A stretch of DNA of 64,000 nucleotides, taken from the NCBI GenBank assembly GCA_965248195.1, contig CBDFIQ010000002.1:2176001-2240000 (forward strand), written 5' to 3'. This document shows, one piece after another, positions 54,564 to 64,000 of this stretch. A model generated the notes under the pieces. It was not told the DNA's origin. It did no database searches and worked only from the letters and a program-made list of their open reading frames with translations. Within the stretch, counting starts at the first letter, position 1, and every line of letters begins with the position of its first letter. The stretch comes from Longimicrobiales bacterium. GTDB lineage: Bacteria > Gemmatimonadota > Gemmatimonadetes > Longimicrobiales > Gaopeijiaceae. A program made the position numbers and the translations under genes.

Positions 54564-54701
54564 TAAGTGTAGTGTTGCCAAAGTCTCATTGGCCTTGCTC
54601 ACCTTCTTGAGGATCTGGCGCACGATGTCGAGATCCTTCGCCGTAGTTCGCACGACCGTGTTCATGAACTCGAGAAACTCCTGATGGCGATGCTCCGGCA
54701 T
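54564..54701 (-). mobile_element. IS630-family transposase remnant (C-terminal, internally deleted)
   Basis: HRHQEFLEFM joined to ILKKVSKANETLATLH; end sequence ACACTACACT-TA. Confidence 0.65.
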
Positions 54702-54820
54702 GCACTCCTGAATGATGTGCTCATGCGCCCCTTCGAGGCCCTTCCCGCCCGGGCCCCCCGCGATTTGGCGCCGACGAGAGCGGGATCACGCTCGGGGATG
54801 ATAGCGGACCCGGTGGGACC

Positions 54821-54898
54821 GGGAGCGTGCCGCTGGGCATCTCCACCAGCGGAAACTCCCGAAACGTGATCGAAGCCCCGCCTGAGGCGCGTCGGTGA
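54821..54898 (+). pseudogene. Fragment of a GmhA/SIS-domain gene
   Basis: GSVPLGISTSGNSRNVIEAPPEARR*; SIS phosphate-binding motif. Confidence 0.6.
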
Positions 54899-55665
54899 TC
54901 CCCGCTCTGGACGAATGGATCGCGGGGCTCGGCGGCGGGGGCGCCGCCATGGCCCTGCTCGCGGCTCTCCTGCTCGGTCTCCGCCACGCCGCCGATCCCG
55001 ATCACGTAGCTGCCGTAGCCGCCCTCATGCTCTCCCGGGATGAAGGCTCGGAGGCAGATGCCGGTTTCCTGGGTCTCTGGTGGGGCCTCGGGCACGCGGT
55101 GGCCATACTCGCCCTGGGGATGCCCCTGGTCTTCTTCGGCCGCCTCCTCCCGGCGTCTGTCCACACGGCGGCGGAAGTGGCCGTCGGCCTCCTCATCGTC
55201 GCTCTCTCCGTGCGTCTGCTCGTCCGCTGGCAGCGGAGTTATGTGCACGCTCACCCTCACCGCCACGGCGACTTGGTGCACTCGCACCCCCATCTTCACG
55301 AGCACCGGCACGAGACGGAAGACGCGGCGTCCCACGGCCATGCCCACAGCGCGTCTCTGGGACGGTCCCCCTTTGAATCCTTCGGGATCGGGCTCATCCA
55401 CGGCGTCGGGGGATCGGCCGGAGCGGGCGTCCTGCTGGTCGCGTCGGCGCAGGATCCCCGTGCCGCGATCCTGGTCCTTCTCCTCTTCGCCTGCGGCACC
55501 GCCGCCTCGATGACCATCCTGTCTGCGCTGATGGGGCGCTTCCTGGTCCGCCGCTCCGTATCAGCCCGAATGGGGAGCATGATTCCGGCATGGGGCGCTG
55601 TCGGCTTCCTCTTCGGCGCGTGGTACGCCCTCGGCGCGCTGGAGCTGCTTCCGTACGTGTTCTGA
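54895..55665 (+). CDS. Ni/Co permease-like membrane protein (NicO/UreH/RcnA-like)
   Basis: GLRHAADPDH, WGLGH, His-rich loop HAHPHRH...HSHPHLHEH...HGHAH, GLIHGVGGS. Confidence 0.87.
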   Translation: MIPALDEWIAGLGGGGAAMALLAALLLGLRHAADPDHVAAVAALMLSRDEGSEADAGFLGLWWGLGHAVAILALGMPLVFFGRLLPASVHTAAEVAVGLLIVALSVRLLVRWQRSYVHAHPHRHGDLVHSHPHLHEHRHETEDAASHGHAHSASLGRSPFESFGIGLIHGVGGSAGAGVLLVASAQDPRAAILVLLLFACGTAASMTILSALMGRFLVRRSVSARMGSMIPAWGAVGFLFGAWYALGALELLPYVF

Positions 55666-55767
55666 CCTTCCTTTTTTCTCGCCTTTCTCTCCGTATTGTC
55701 CGTCGCTGGGTGCTCAACAGGAGACTCACCGTGACGAATAAAGCTGACTGACACGACCGAGCGCTCA

Positions 55768-55795
55768 GTCTGGCGGGGGTAACTCCCGCCTAGAC
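55768..55795. terminator. Hairpin between convergent genes, possible terminator
   Basis: GTCT-GGCGGGGG-TAA-CTCCCGCC-TAGAC; no clear U-tract. Confidence 0.35.
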
Positions 55796-55863
55796 GATGT
55801 GGCCGGAGTCATCGGCCCGCGAGGCCTTCAGCCTCACCTTCCTCTGCCCGGCCCTTGAAGCGC

Positions 55864-58233
55864 CTAGAACCTGAACAGGTACTGGACCTTCGCAAAGAGC
55901 GCCCGGTTCGTCCGCCGGAGGTCGCTCTCGAAGAAGAGCTGCTCGTCGACGTCGTCGCCGTTGATATCTCCCCTGATGAGATCCGCCTGCCGGTAGTGGT
56001 CGTCGTAGCCCACGTACAGGACGGTTCCCGCGTTCACCCGGTAGGTGAAGAGGACGTTCAGGTCGAAGGTCTCGTCAAAGGTGTTGTACTCAGTGATGTT
56101 CCGGAGCTGAAGGCGGTCCGTGAACTGGAAGGTGCTCAAGGCCCGGAAGATCTTCACGTTGAAGACTTCCTCGTCGCCGTTCCTCGGGTCCGTCAGGCGG
56201 CTTGAGTCGATGCTGAGGTTGGACGTCAGGCGCGAGATGGGACGGAGTGTGGCGTTGAGCCCCCACTGGACCTCATCCCCTAGATAGGGGTCGTCGGTAA
56301 AGCGGATTTGGTCACCCATCGCGAAGCGGGCTCCGAACGCGACCGTCTGGCTGGTGTTGACGTTGGCCCGGACATTAAAGCGCGGCTTCTCGAAGTCGAT
56401 GCCCGCGAAGCGCTCCATGTTCCGCTCCACCTGGATATAGGTGCTGATGTTGTGGGCGAAGAAGAAGTTGAGGCCGTACCGGAGCAGCTCATCCTGGAGC
56501 ACGTCGTCGAAGTCGTAGTTCCGGTAGTAGCGGAGACCGTGCCACGAGTTGATGATCCAGCTCTTCTCGTGCCAGAACGTGTAGCTGATCCGCCCGTCGA
56601 GCTGCCGCTGATCACGCCGGCGGACGAAGCCCGCGTCGGTCTCGAAGTCCGGGGAGATCTGAAATGCCTGGGCCCACAATTCGAGATTCCGCCCTCGGTG
56701 GCGCACCATTGCGTCCGTCAGGTACCCCCTACGCTCCACGCCGTCCAGGTCCCGGTGCCGGGTGCTCATGAGGTTGAACCTGACAATCCGGGCGGATCCC
56801 AGGCGGAGGTTTCCATCCAGGCCGGCAAGGCGGCTGTTGCTGCCCAAGAACTCCCGGTCGGTCACCACTGCGCCAATGTAGGACTGGGAAGAAACTTCGA
56901 ACTTCCCTCTTCCGATGTACGTCTGGGCCTTCCGCTCGAAAGAGGGATCCGCTGGGTCGTCTACCCGTCCCGGGGCTGCGTCGTTGGCGGCCAGCACGCC
57001 GAAGCTCAATCGTCCCACCTTCCCACTCAGCTTTGCTCCGTAGTCCGGGTCTACGATGGTCCGGGTGTGGACCACCGTCACGGGAGCAGAGACCTCGAAG
57101 ATCTCGGACCCCTCCACGAAGAAGGGGCGAAGCTCTTGGAAGAAGAGCGGGAACCTCCGGTTGACCTCGATCTGGGGCCGATCCGACTCGATTTGCGAGA
57201 AGTCCGGGTTCAGGGTGAAGTCGGCCGTTACGTTCGAAGTCACACCGTACTTTACGTTGACGCCGGCATCCGGCTCCATGTCTTGGTTGACGAAGCCAGG
57301 ACCGGCGTTCCGAGTCGGCTCGATCTCCCCGTACTGGATGGCCGTGAGGGTGGGGAGAACCTCCAGGTTCCGGGTCGTCGACAGCCCGGTCATCCCGTCC
57401 AGGACCCCCATCTGTGAGTAGAAGCCGGACTCGGCCCGCGACATGGGAGCCCACACGATGGTCTCCTGGTCCTTGCCTTTGATCTCCCGGACGATCTGGA
57501 GGCCCCACCGGTGGGTCTCGCCCTCGGGCCGCCGGGGATAGCGCAGGCTCTTTAAGGGGATAGCCATCTCGGCGGTGTAGCCGTCGGGAACGATCTGAGC
57601 GCCGGATTCGAACAAGGCGTCCCAAGACCGGTCCGCCCGGGGAATGGCGGTGCCACCACGAGGACCGCGCCCGTCCCCGCCCCCCCCAGCGTTGAGGATT
57701 CCGTCCCCCTGGACGCCGTAAGCGTTCACGTCGAAGCTGTAGGCGCGTTGCTGACCCAGGAACGGGTCTAGATAGATCGTGAAGAGGTCGTCTGCCATGG
57801 CCCGGTCGCGGTCGACGCGGCTCGCGCGCATGATGGACGGGTTCTCGTAATGTGCATAGAATCCGAAGTAGAGATAGTCGTCGTCGTAGGCGACGAAGAC
57901 CTCGGTGTTCTCGGTCGCGGAAGCCCCGTCCCGTGGCGACTCCTGCACGAAGTCGGCGAGCACTGCGGTCCCCTGCCACGCCTCTTCATCCAGCCGTCCG
58001 TCGATCTCTGGAGGTGTGTCGAGGCGGGTGGGGCGGACCCTCGGACGGCCCGGCACCAGCCCGAGCTGCACGTCGGCGAGCTCGGCGGTGGCTCGCTCGT
58101 CCCGGGAACCGTCGGCTCCTCCAGCAACCTGGGCGCTCACAGGTCCTGAAAGGACGAGAAGGGCTACGATCGCTCCGAAGCCCCCCGCAAGTCGGCCCAG
58201 GTGGGCGGCTCCTACGACATCCCTGCGAGACAT
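55864..58233 (-). CDS. CBM9-like + DUF5916-like outer-membrane protein
   Basis: Signal peptide VSA-Q; PEIDGRLDEEAW, AEMAIPLKSLRY, NPDFSQIESD, ELRPFFVEG, C-terminal YLFRF. Confidence 0.87.
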   Translation of the reverse strand: MSRRDVVGAAHLGRLAGGFGAIVALLVLSGPVSAQVAGGADGSRDERATAELADVQLGLVPGRPRVRPTRLDTPPEIDGRLDEEAWQGTAVLADFVQESPRDGASATENTEVFVAYDDDYLYFGFYAHYENPSIMRASRVDRDRAMADDLFTIYLDPFLGQQRAYSFDVNAYGVQGDGILNAGGGGDGRGPRGGTAIPRADRSWDALFESGAQIVPDGYTAEMAIPLKSLRYPRRPEGETHRWGLQIVREIKGKDQETIVWAPMSRAESGFYSQMGVLDGMTGLSTTRNLEVLPTLTAIQYGEIEPTRNAGPGFVNQDMEPDAGVNVKYGVTSNVTADFTLNPDFSQIESDRPQIEVNRRFPLFFQELRPFFVEGSEIFEVSAPVTVVHTRTIVDPDYGAKLSGKVGRLSFGVLAANDAAPGRVDDPADPSFERKAQTYIGRGKFEVSSQSYIGAVVTDREFLGSNSRLAGLDGNLRLGSARIVRFNLMSTRHRDLDGVERRGYLTDAMVRHRGRNLELWAQAFQISPDFETDAGFVRRRDQRQLDGRISYTFWHEKSWIINSWHGLRYYRNYDFDDVLQDELLRYGLNFFFAHNISTYIQVERNMERFAGIDFEKPRFNVRANVNTSQTVAFGARFAMGDQIRFTDDPYLGDEVQWGLNATLRPISRLTSNLSIDSSRLTDPRNGDEEVFNVKIFRALSTFQFTDRLQLRNITEYNTFDETFDLNVLFTYRVNAGTVLYVGYDDHYRQADLIRGDINGDDVDEQLFFESDLRRTNRALFAKVQYLFRF

Positions 58234-58259
58234 GTCTATTCTATAGATGTCTATTCTAT
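58232..58259. repeat. 15-nt-period tandem duplication
   Basis: ATGTCTATTCTATAG followed by ATGTCTATTCTAT. Confidence 0.9.
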
Positions 58260-58264
58260 GCTTC

Positions 58265-59092
58265 TCAATCCCTCCGGTAGGGGCTCTCTCGTCTGTGTCG
58301 GCACCGCGTGAGGTCAACGAGCATCGTCAGCACCTCGATGAGTCCGTCCCGGTCGGTGAAGCTAAAGCCGTGCCCCGGAATGATCTTGGTGTTCGGTCCC
58401 GACATGCCGATGGCGATTTCCATGGCTTCGATCATCCCCGACACACTTCCGCCGTTGTACACGTCGATGATGGGATACATGTTGGTCCGGAACACGTCCC
58501 CGGTGTGGAGGACGTCCGAGTCGGCGAAGTAGACGAAGCTGTCACCGTCGGTATGTGCGGGTGGGACGAGAAACGCCCGAACTTCCTCGCCATTCATATG
58601 GAAGGTCACGGCGTTGTCGAAAGTGAGGAGCGGGCGGGCCCCTTCCGGGGGTGCAGGCGAGATTCTCCCACCCCCTCGGGGAGTCCGGAGCCGTTCCAGC
58701 ATCCGCAGCCGAACGTTGTCGTGGGCGACGAGCGTCGCTCCCATGTTGGCCAGAGCTTCATTCCCCCCTTGGTGGTCGATGTGGACGTGGGTATTGATGA
58801 CGAACCGGATCTCCTCATCGGAGATCTCCCGAACCCCTTGGATGACGCTCTCCGTCAGTCTCGGGACCTGGTCGTCCACAAGGAGAACCCCCTCGGAGCC
58901 GGGCAAGACCCCGATGTTGCCCCCAGCGGCAGGGGTCTGGAGCATGTAGACCTGTCCCTGAACCGGGATGACGATCATTTCCACACCCTGGACAGTCTCG
59001 GACGCGGGGGCCGGGGCCTTGGCCACAACGGCGAACAGGAGAAGGGGAAGAAGGATGAGGAGCGAAGCTGGTCGGTAGGGAGATGTCTTCAT
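58265..59092 (-). CDS. Secreted metallo-beta-lactamase-fold hydrolase, possibly C-terminally truncated
   Basis: Signal peptide; GGNIG, LLVDDQ, THVHIDH, AHTDGD, HTGD, IIPGHG. Confidence 0.88.
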   Translation of the reverse strand: MKTSPYRPASLLILLPLLLFAVVAKAPAPASETVQGVEMIVIPVQGQVYMLQTPAAGGNIGVLPGSEGVLLVDDQVPRLTESVIQGVREISDEEIRFVINTHVHIDHQGGNEALANMGATLVAHDNVRLRMLERLRTPRGGGRISPAPPEGARPLLTFDNAVTFHMNGEEVRAFLVPPAHTDGDSFVYFADSDVLHTGDVFRTNMYPIIDVYNGGSVSGMIEAMEIAIGMSGPNTKIIPGHGFSFTDRDGLIEVLTMLVDLTRCRHRRESPYRRD

Positions 59093-59268
59093 GGTCGCTC
59101 CGAGCGCGGAAGGGGAAGGAAGGGAAACAAGGGTACGCTCCCTCGGCGACTTACGGCAACCAGATCGGTATGAGAAAGCAAAGTCGGCCTCCGTTACGGA
59201 GTCACCGTATGATGCGATGCTCCAATAGTGAAAAGGGCTCGAAGCCCACGGGCACGGAAGCTGGCCAG

Positions 59269-59418
59269 ATGAAGATACGAACGATGATCCCAACGTAACG
59301 ATCGGACTCGACCTCGGCGACCGCTTCAGTACTTTCCATGTTCTCGACGACCCACGGGTGTGTCTCGAGCAGAGTCAGATCCGCACCACGCCCAAGGGGC
59401 TACGAGTGCGGCTGCTGC
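59269..59418 (+). mobile_element. IS110-family transposase 5' remnant
   Basis: VTIGLDLGDRFSTFHVLD...LEQSQIRTTPKGL (first Asp motif of DEDD domain); ATG at 59269 out of frame; similarity ends at the maf stop. Confidence 0.75.
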
Positions 59419-60030
59419 TCAACAGGCTTCTGGCCTTGCCGGCAATGCGAAGGCGTATTCCCAACCGCTCTCCTCGAAGAGCTTCAGGAGGAGAGCCACG
59501 GGTAGCCCGACCACGCTGTAGTAGTCTCCCCGAATTTCGGTCACCAGCGCTGCACCGAGCCCCTGGATGCCATAGGCCCCTGCCTTATCGAGGGGCTCGC
59601 CGGTCGCCACGTAGGCGTGCGCGAACTGGGGTGAAAAGGGACGAAACGTGACCTCGGTGGTCGAGACCCCGCTACGCACTTCGCCGGACGGGCGAGCGAG
59701 CGCGAGGCCGCTCGCCACGGTGTGAGTCCGGCCTTCCAATCGTAACAGCATTGCCTCGGCCTCTTCTGGCCCCGAGGGCTTTCCCAGAATTTCGCCGCCC
59801 AGCGTCACCACGGTATCGCCCCCGAGCACAACCGCGCCGGGACACGCGGAGGCGACAGCGGTGGCTTTGTCACGAGCGAGCCGCTCGACGTGGGCCTCGG
59901 CGGACTCTCCAGGTTGGACGGTCTCGGAAACCTCGGCGGGCTGGACCGTGAAACTCAAGCCGAGCATTCGGAGGCACTCGCTACGGCGGGGGGAAGCCGA
60001 CGCGAGCACGAGGGGGGGTGGCCCACTCAC
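59419..60030 (-). CDS. maf: Maf-family nucleoside triphosphate pyrophosphatase
   Basis: [37 protein letters not shown]. Confidence 0.96.
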   Translation of the reverse strand: MSGPPPLVLASASPRRSECLRMLGLSFTVQPAEVSETVQPGESAEAHVERLARDKATAVASACPGAVVLGGDTVVTLGGEILGKPSGPEEAEAMLLRLEGRTHTVASGLALARPSGEVRSGVSTTEVTFRPFSPQFAHAYVATGEPLDKAGAYGIQGLGAALVTEIRGDYYSVVGLPVALLLKLFEESGWEYAFALPARPEAC

Positions 60031-60467
60031 CGTTCGATGACGAGGGTCACTGGTCCATCATTGGTCAACGAGACATCCATAATCGCTCCGAACTTCCCCG
60101 TAGCCACCATGCCCGGGTGGCGGGCATCGAGAAGGTCCACGAACCGGTCGTACAGCAGTATCGCGGTCTCGGGTGGTGCGGCCTCGATGAAGCTCGGGCG
60201 ACGGCCTTTACGGAGGTCCCCGTACAGAGTGAACTGGCTCACCACCAGAATCGAGCCGTCCACGTCGGCCAAGGTGCGATTCATCTTGCCAGCGTCGTCT
60301 TGGAAGATTCGAAGTCCGACCACCTTGTCGGCCATCCACTCTACGTGATCGGTCGTGTCACTCGCCTTGAAGCCCACGAGCAGGAGGTGCCCAACACCGA
60401 TCTCGCCGACCACCCTTCCCTCTACGGTGACGTTGGCTTCGCGGACGCGCTGAAGCACGACCCTCAC
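60027..60467 (-). CDS. dtd: D-aminoacyl-tRNA deacylase
   Basis: VVLQRV, LRIF, VSQFTL, NDGPVT; GTG at 60467. Confidence 0.97.
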   Translation of the reverse strand: MRVVLQRVREANVTVEGRVVGEIGVGHLLLVGFKASDTTDHVEWMADKVVGLRIFQDDAGKMNRTLADVDGSILVVSQFTLYGDLRKGRRPSFIEAAPPETAILLYDRFVDLLDARHPGMVATGKFGAIMDVSLTNDGPVTLVIER

Positions 60468-60477
60468 CGCGGGGCCG

Positions 60478-62316
60478 TCACTCCACCGTGACCGACTTGG
60501 CCAAGTTGCGTGGTTGATCCACGTCCCTTTTCCGGTAGATGGCTGCGTGGTAAGCCAACAGCTGCAACGGGATCGAGGTGAGCACAGGCAACAGAGCGGG
60601 AACGGTCTGAGGCACCTCGATGACGTGATCCACCTTGCCGAACAGTTCCGGCGCGTCACCGCTCACGACGGCCAGGATACGGCCGCCCCGGGCGCTCACT
60701 TCCTCGATGTTGGAAACGACCTTCGCATACACAGGATCTCGTGGGGCGAGTGCGACCACGGGCATGTCTTCGTCGATGAGGGCGATAGGGCCGTGCTTCA
60801 TTTCGGCTGCCGGATATCCTTCGGCGTGGATGTAGCTCACTTCCTTGAGTTTGAGCGCTCCCTCGAGCGCCACGGGAAACTGGTATCCGCGGCCTAGATA
60901 AAGAAAATTCCGAGCGTCGCCATACTCCGCCGCGAGCTTCTTCGTAAGGGGCTCCAAGGCGAGCGCCTGCTCCACCTGATCCGGTAACTCCTGCAGCGCC
61001 GCGACAAGCTCCCTACCCTGGAGAATGGAGAGCTGCCGGCGCCGCCCGATGTAGAGTGTAAACAGCGCCAACGCCAGAATCTGATTCGTAAAGGCCTTGG
61101 TCGATGCCACCCCGATCTCCGGACCGGCGTGGAGGTATATGCCGAAGTCCGTTTTCCTGGCGATGGACGATCCGACCACGTTGACGATCCCCATGGTCGA
61201 GGCGCCCCGTGCGCGAGCCTCGTCGAGCGCCGCCAGGGTGTCGGCCGTTTCACCGGATTGGCTGATCGCCAAGACCAACGTACCGGCTTCGATCACCGGG
61301 CTCCGATACCGGAACTCGGACGCGTACTCGACCTCAACGGGTATGCCCGCGAGTTCTTCGAGCATGTACTCGCCGATGAGAGCCGCATGCCAACTCGTCC
61401 CGCAAGCTGTGATCACGATCCGGCGGATCCCCGCCAGTTCTTCGTCCGACAGCGTGATCCCACCCAGCCGCGCATCTCCGGTCTCCTCCAACAACCGTCC
61501 ACGCATGACGTTGCGAAGGCTCTCAGGCTGCTCGCAGATCTCCTTCAACATGAAATGTTCGTAGCCGCCCTTCTCGGCATCCTCGAGATTCCACTCGATC
61601 TGATGGACGGAGCGCCGTACGTCGCCCTGTTCGATGTGGAAGACGCGGTAGCCCTCGGACGTGAGGACCGCGCAATCGCCGTGGTCGAGATAAACGACGT
61701 CCTTGGTGTGTTGGATCACGGCGGAAGCGTCGGAGCCGACGAGGTTCTCACCATTCCTGCCGATTCCGATGAGCAACGGACTCCCCTTTCGGGCCACCAC
61801 GATCTTCCCCGGATCGCGGCTGCTCACGACCGCGATTCCGTACGCGCCCTCGACCTGGTCGAGCGCGGCGAGCACCGCGTCCTCGAGGGCGGAGTTCTCT
61901 CGGAAGGCCTCATCGATGAGGTGGACCATCGCCTCCGTGTCCGTCTCCGTCTCGAAGGTGTACCCGAGCTCAGAGAGCTTGGATCGAAGGACATCGGCGT
62001 TCTCGAAGATCCCGTTGTGAACCAGCGCGATGTCTCTTCCCTGACTCCAGTGGGGATGCGCGTTGACGCGGTTCGGGGCGCCATGCGTCGCCCAGCGTGT
62101 ATGCGCGATTCCGCACGTGCCTGGCGGCATACCCTCTTCCAGAACACTCTCCAACTGAACGAGCTTGCCTGCTTCCTTCACCGTGCACAGGCGGCCCTCG
62201 GGGCTGATCACGGACAATCCGGCCGAATCGTATCCCCGGTACTCAAGGCGCCGCAGACCCTCCAAGAGGATCGGACCCGCCTCTTTGGCTCCCACGTATC
62301 CGACGATTCCACACAT
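60478..62316 (-). CDS. glmS: Glutamine--fructose-6-phosphate transaminase (isomerizing)
   Basis: [50 protein letters not shown]. Confidence 0.99.
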   Translation of the reverse strand: MCGIVGYVGAKEAGPILLEGLRRLEYRGYDSAGLSVISPEGRLCTVKEAGKLVQLESVLEEGMPPGTCGIAHTRWATHGAPNRVNAHPHWSQGRDIALVHNGIFENADVLRSKLSELGYTFETETDTEAMVHLIDEAFRENSALEDAVLAALDQVEGAYGIAVVSSRDPGKIVVARKGSPLLIGIGRNGENLVGSDASAVIQHTKDVVYLDHGDCAVLTSEGYRVFHIEQGDVRRSVHQIEWNLEDAEKGGYEHFMLKEICEQPESLRNVMRGRLLEETGDARLGGITLSDEELAGIRRIVITACGTSWHAALIGEYMLEELAGIPVEVEYASEFRYRSPVIEAGTLVLAISQSGETADTLAALDEARARGASTMGIVNVVGSSIARKTDFGIYLHAGPEIGVASTKAFTNQILALALFTLYIGRRRQLSILQGRELVAALQELPDQVEQALALEPLTKKLAAEYGDARNFLYLGRGYQFPVALEGALKLKEVSYIHAEGYPAAEMKHGPIALIDEDMPVVALAPRDPVYAKVVSNIEEVSARGGRILAVVSGDAPELFGKVDHVIEVPQTVPALLPVLTSIPLQLLAYHAAIYRKRDVDQPRNLAKSVTVE

Positions 62317-62376
62317 GTCGCTGCGTCCTCCGGTTCTTGCGACTTGATACTACATTACCTGGTCTGCGACTCCGAA

Positions 62377-63777
62377 CTACATCAGCCCTTCCAGAACGGC
62401 GGTCGCCCGGTCGATCAACTCTTCCGCCTCGCTCCGCCCAGGCGCCTCCGCAATCAGACGCACGACCGGCTCCGTACCCGAGGGCCGGACGTGTAGCCAG
62501 GCCTGACGTTCTGCCCAATGCAAGCGAGCACCATCGGCCGAGTCGAAACCGTCGCTCGCGAGCTGGCGCTCCAACTCGGCATACGCGTCGGAAAGCGCTT
62601 CCCTCGGAAAGTCGATCTTCGCCTTCACGATCGTATATGACGGCCAACGATCCACGGCGGCCGAAAGCGTCGATCCCTCGTCTACCAAATGCTGTAAGAT
62701 AAGTGCCGAAGCCACGGGCGCATCTCGCGTATGGTGGAGGTCGGGGAGGATCACGCCACCGTTCCCCTCTCCCCCCACGACCGCACCCTCGGATTGCATA
62801 CGACGCGCCACGTGGATCTCCCCGACCGGCGCTCGGACGAGCTCGCCTCCGTGAGCACGAACTACGTCCTCCACGACGCGACTGGTGGAGAGGTTCGTCA
62901 CGACAATCCCGGGGGTCCTCCGGAGCACCACCGCAGAGGCGAGTGCGAGCGTCAGATCCTCCCCCAAAGGAACGCCGCTCTCGTTTACGAGTGACAGTCG
63001 GTCCACATCGGGATCGACCGCCAATCCAAGATCCGCGCCCTCGCCGCGCGCGAAGTCGGCGAACTCGGCGAGGTTTTCCGCCGTCGGCTCGGGATCCCGC
63101 GGAAAACGTCCGTCCATCTCGGTGTTGATCGCTACGACGTCGCACCCTAACCCATCGAGAAGCTGGGGCATGATCGTGGCCCCAGCGCCTCGCACGCAGT
63201 CGAGGGCGACCTTGAACGCCCGGGCGCGCAACGCCGGAAGATCCAACTGTGGCAATTCGAGGATGGCTTCCAGGTGACGGCCTGCGGCGCCATCGTCGGC
63301 CCTCAGGTTACCGAGCCCGTCCCAGGAGGCGCGGACGGGATCTTCATGCAGAGCGAAGTCGAGGAAAGCCGACATCGTCCCGGCATCCAGAAATGTGCCC
63401 TCCGGGGCCGCAAGTTTGAGCGCGTTCCACTCCGCCGGATTGTGGCTGGCCGTGACTTCGATGCCGCCGAGGGCATCCGAGTTCTCCACGGCGAGCATGA
63501 GCGTGGGCGTGGACACGACGCCAAGATCCACGACGTCGCAGCCGACGGACACCAGGCCCGATGATGCGGCGCCGACGAGCATCGGCCCCGAGGTCCGGGA
63601 GTCTCTTCCGACCAGGATGTCACCGCCCCTGGCGTCTTCAGTACCCGCCGAGCGTCTTACGAAGGCCCCGAAAGCCGCGGCCAAAGAACACACGAGTTCG
63701 GGCGTCAACGGGTCACCTACCCTTCCCCGAAATCCCGCTACACTCACGACGAGCCCGTCGGGAATCATCAAAGGCAT
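62377..63777 (-). CDS. glmM: Phosphoglucosamine mutase (phosphohexomutase family)
   Basis: GRDSR, TASHNP, DPDVDR, GGEGNGG, RPSGTEP; directly upstream of glmS. Confidence 0.85.
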   Translation of the reverse strand: MPLMIPDGLVVSVAGFRGRVGDPLTPELVCSLAAAFGAFVRRSAGTEDARGGDILVGRDSRTSGPMLVGAASSGLVSVGCDVVDLGVVSTPTLMLAVENSDALGGIEVTASHNPAEWNALKLAAPEGTFLDAGTMSAFLDFALHEDPVRASWDGLGNLRADDGAAGRHLEAILELPQLDLPALRARAFKVALDCVRGAGATIMPQLLDGLGCDVVAINTEMDGRFPRDPEPTAENLAEFADFARGEGADLGLAVDPDVDRLSLVNESGVPLGEDLTLALASAVVLRRTPGIVVTNLSTSRVVEDVVRAHGGELVRAPVGEIHVARRMQSEGAVVGGEGNGGVILPDLHHTRDAPVASALILQHLVDEGSTLSAAVDRWPSYTIVKAKIDFPREALSDAYAELERQLASDGFDSADGARLHWAERQAWLHVRPSGTEPVVRLIAEAPGRSEAEELIDRATAVLEGLM

Positions 63778-64000
63778 GTAGTCAGAAGCCTTCCGGGCAC
63801 AGGGCCACAGCCTCTTGGAGTCCTGGGCCACCCGGATGGGGCGGCCCCACGAACACTACCCAGGGTGCTGGAGCACCGTCAACGACCGCGGGAAGCTTTG
63901 TACAAGTTGTCCAGAGGTTCCGTGGGTGGCACCGGCGGGGAAGCCCCGGGTACAAGCGGGCCGTTCATCGCAGGCCTAGCCGATCGCCCGTGCGGTGCAA

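Noticed and set aside
62317..62376. glmS ribozyme upstream of glmS
   Set aside because: Spacer is only 60 nt and lacks the conserved core; too short for the ribozyme
63880..63960. DnaA-box-like words (TTGTCCAGA etc.; also near 25356 and 26682) suggesting oriC
   Set aside because: Isolated, mismatched boxes; no cluster, AT-rich unwinding element or dnaA in view

Overview
High-GC bacterial chromosomal segment. Gene content (SusC/SusD pair, plug-only TonB protein, DUF5916- and DUF6152-like proteins, gene order) suggests Gemmatimonadota; this is an inference. Positions 1-30.8 kb are mostly minus-strand housekeeping genes: prs, tRNA-Gln, ispE, pdxJ, hflX, CCA-adding enzyme, gmhA, alaS, recA, a variant ccm cytochrome c maturation operon, gltB, a divergent TAXI-TRAP transporter and glpK. 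Positions ~30.8-59.4 kb form an accessory island of almost entirely exported proteins: a D-amino-acid-oxidase-like enzyme, two heme-c/copper monooxygenase-like proteins, SusC/SusD, three amidases, an amidohydrolase, an LRR protein and a Ni/Co permease, plus gene remnants and IS630/IS110 scars. Positions 59.4-64 kb are housekeeping again (maf, dtd, glmS, glmM). Best leads: (1) a structured gltB 5' leader with an intrinsic terminator, alternative antiterminator pairings and a uORF; (2) a susC-susD-heme/Cu monooxygenase-hypothetical-amidase locus; (3) a CxxxY-type CcmE system with a CX4CH candidate substrate nearby; (4) probable AUU start codons; (5) a TTCG-N7-TTCG repeat at the recA promoter. 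All family assignments come from motif recognition by eye; no database search was run.
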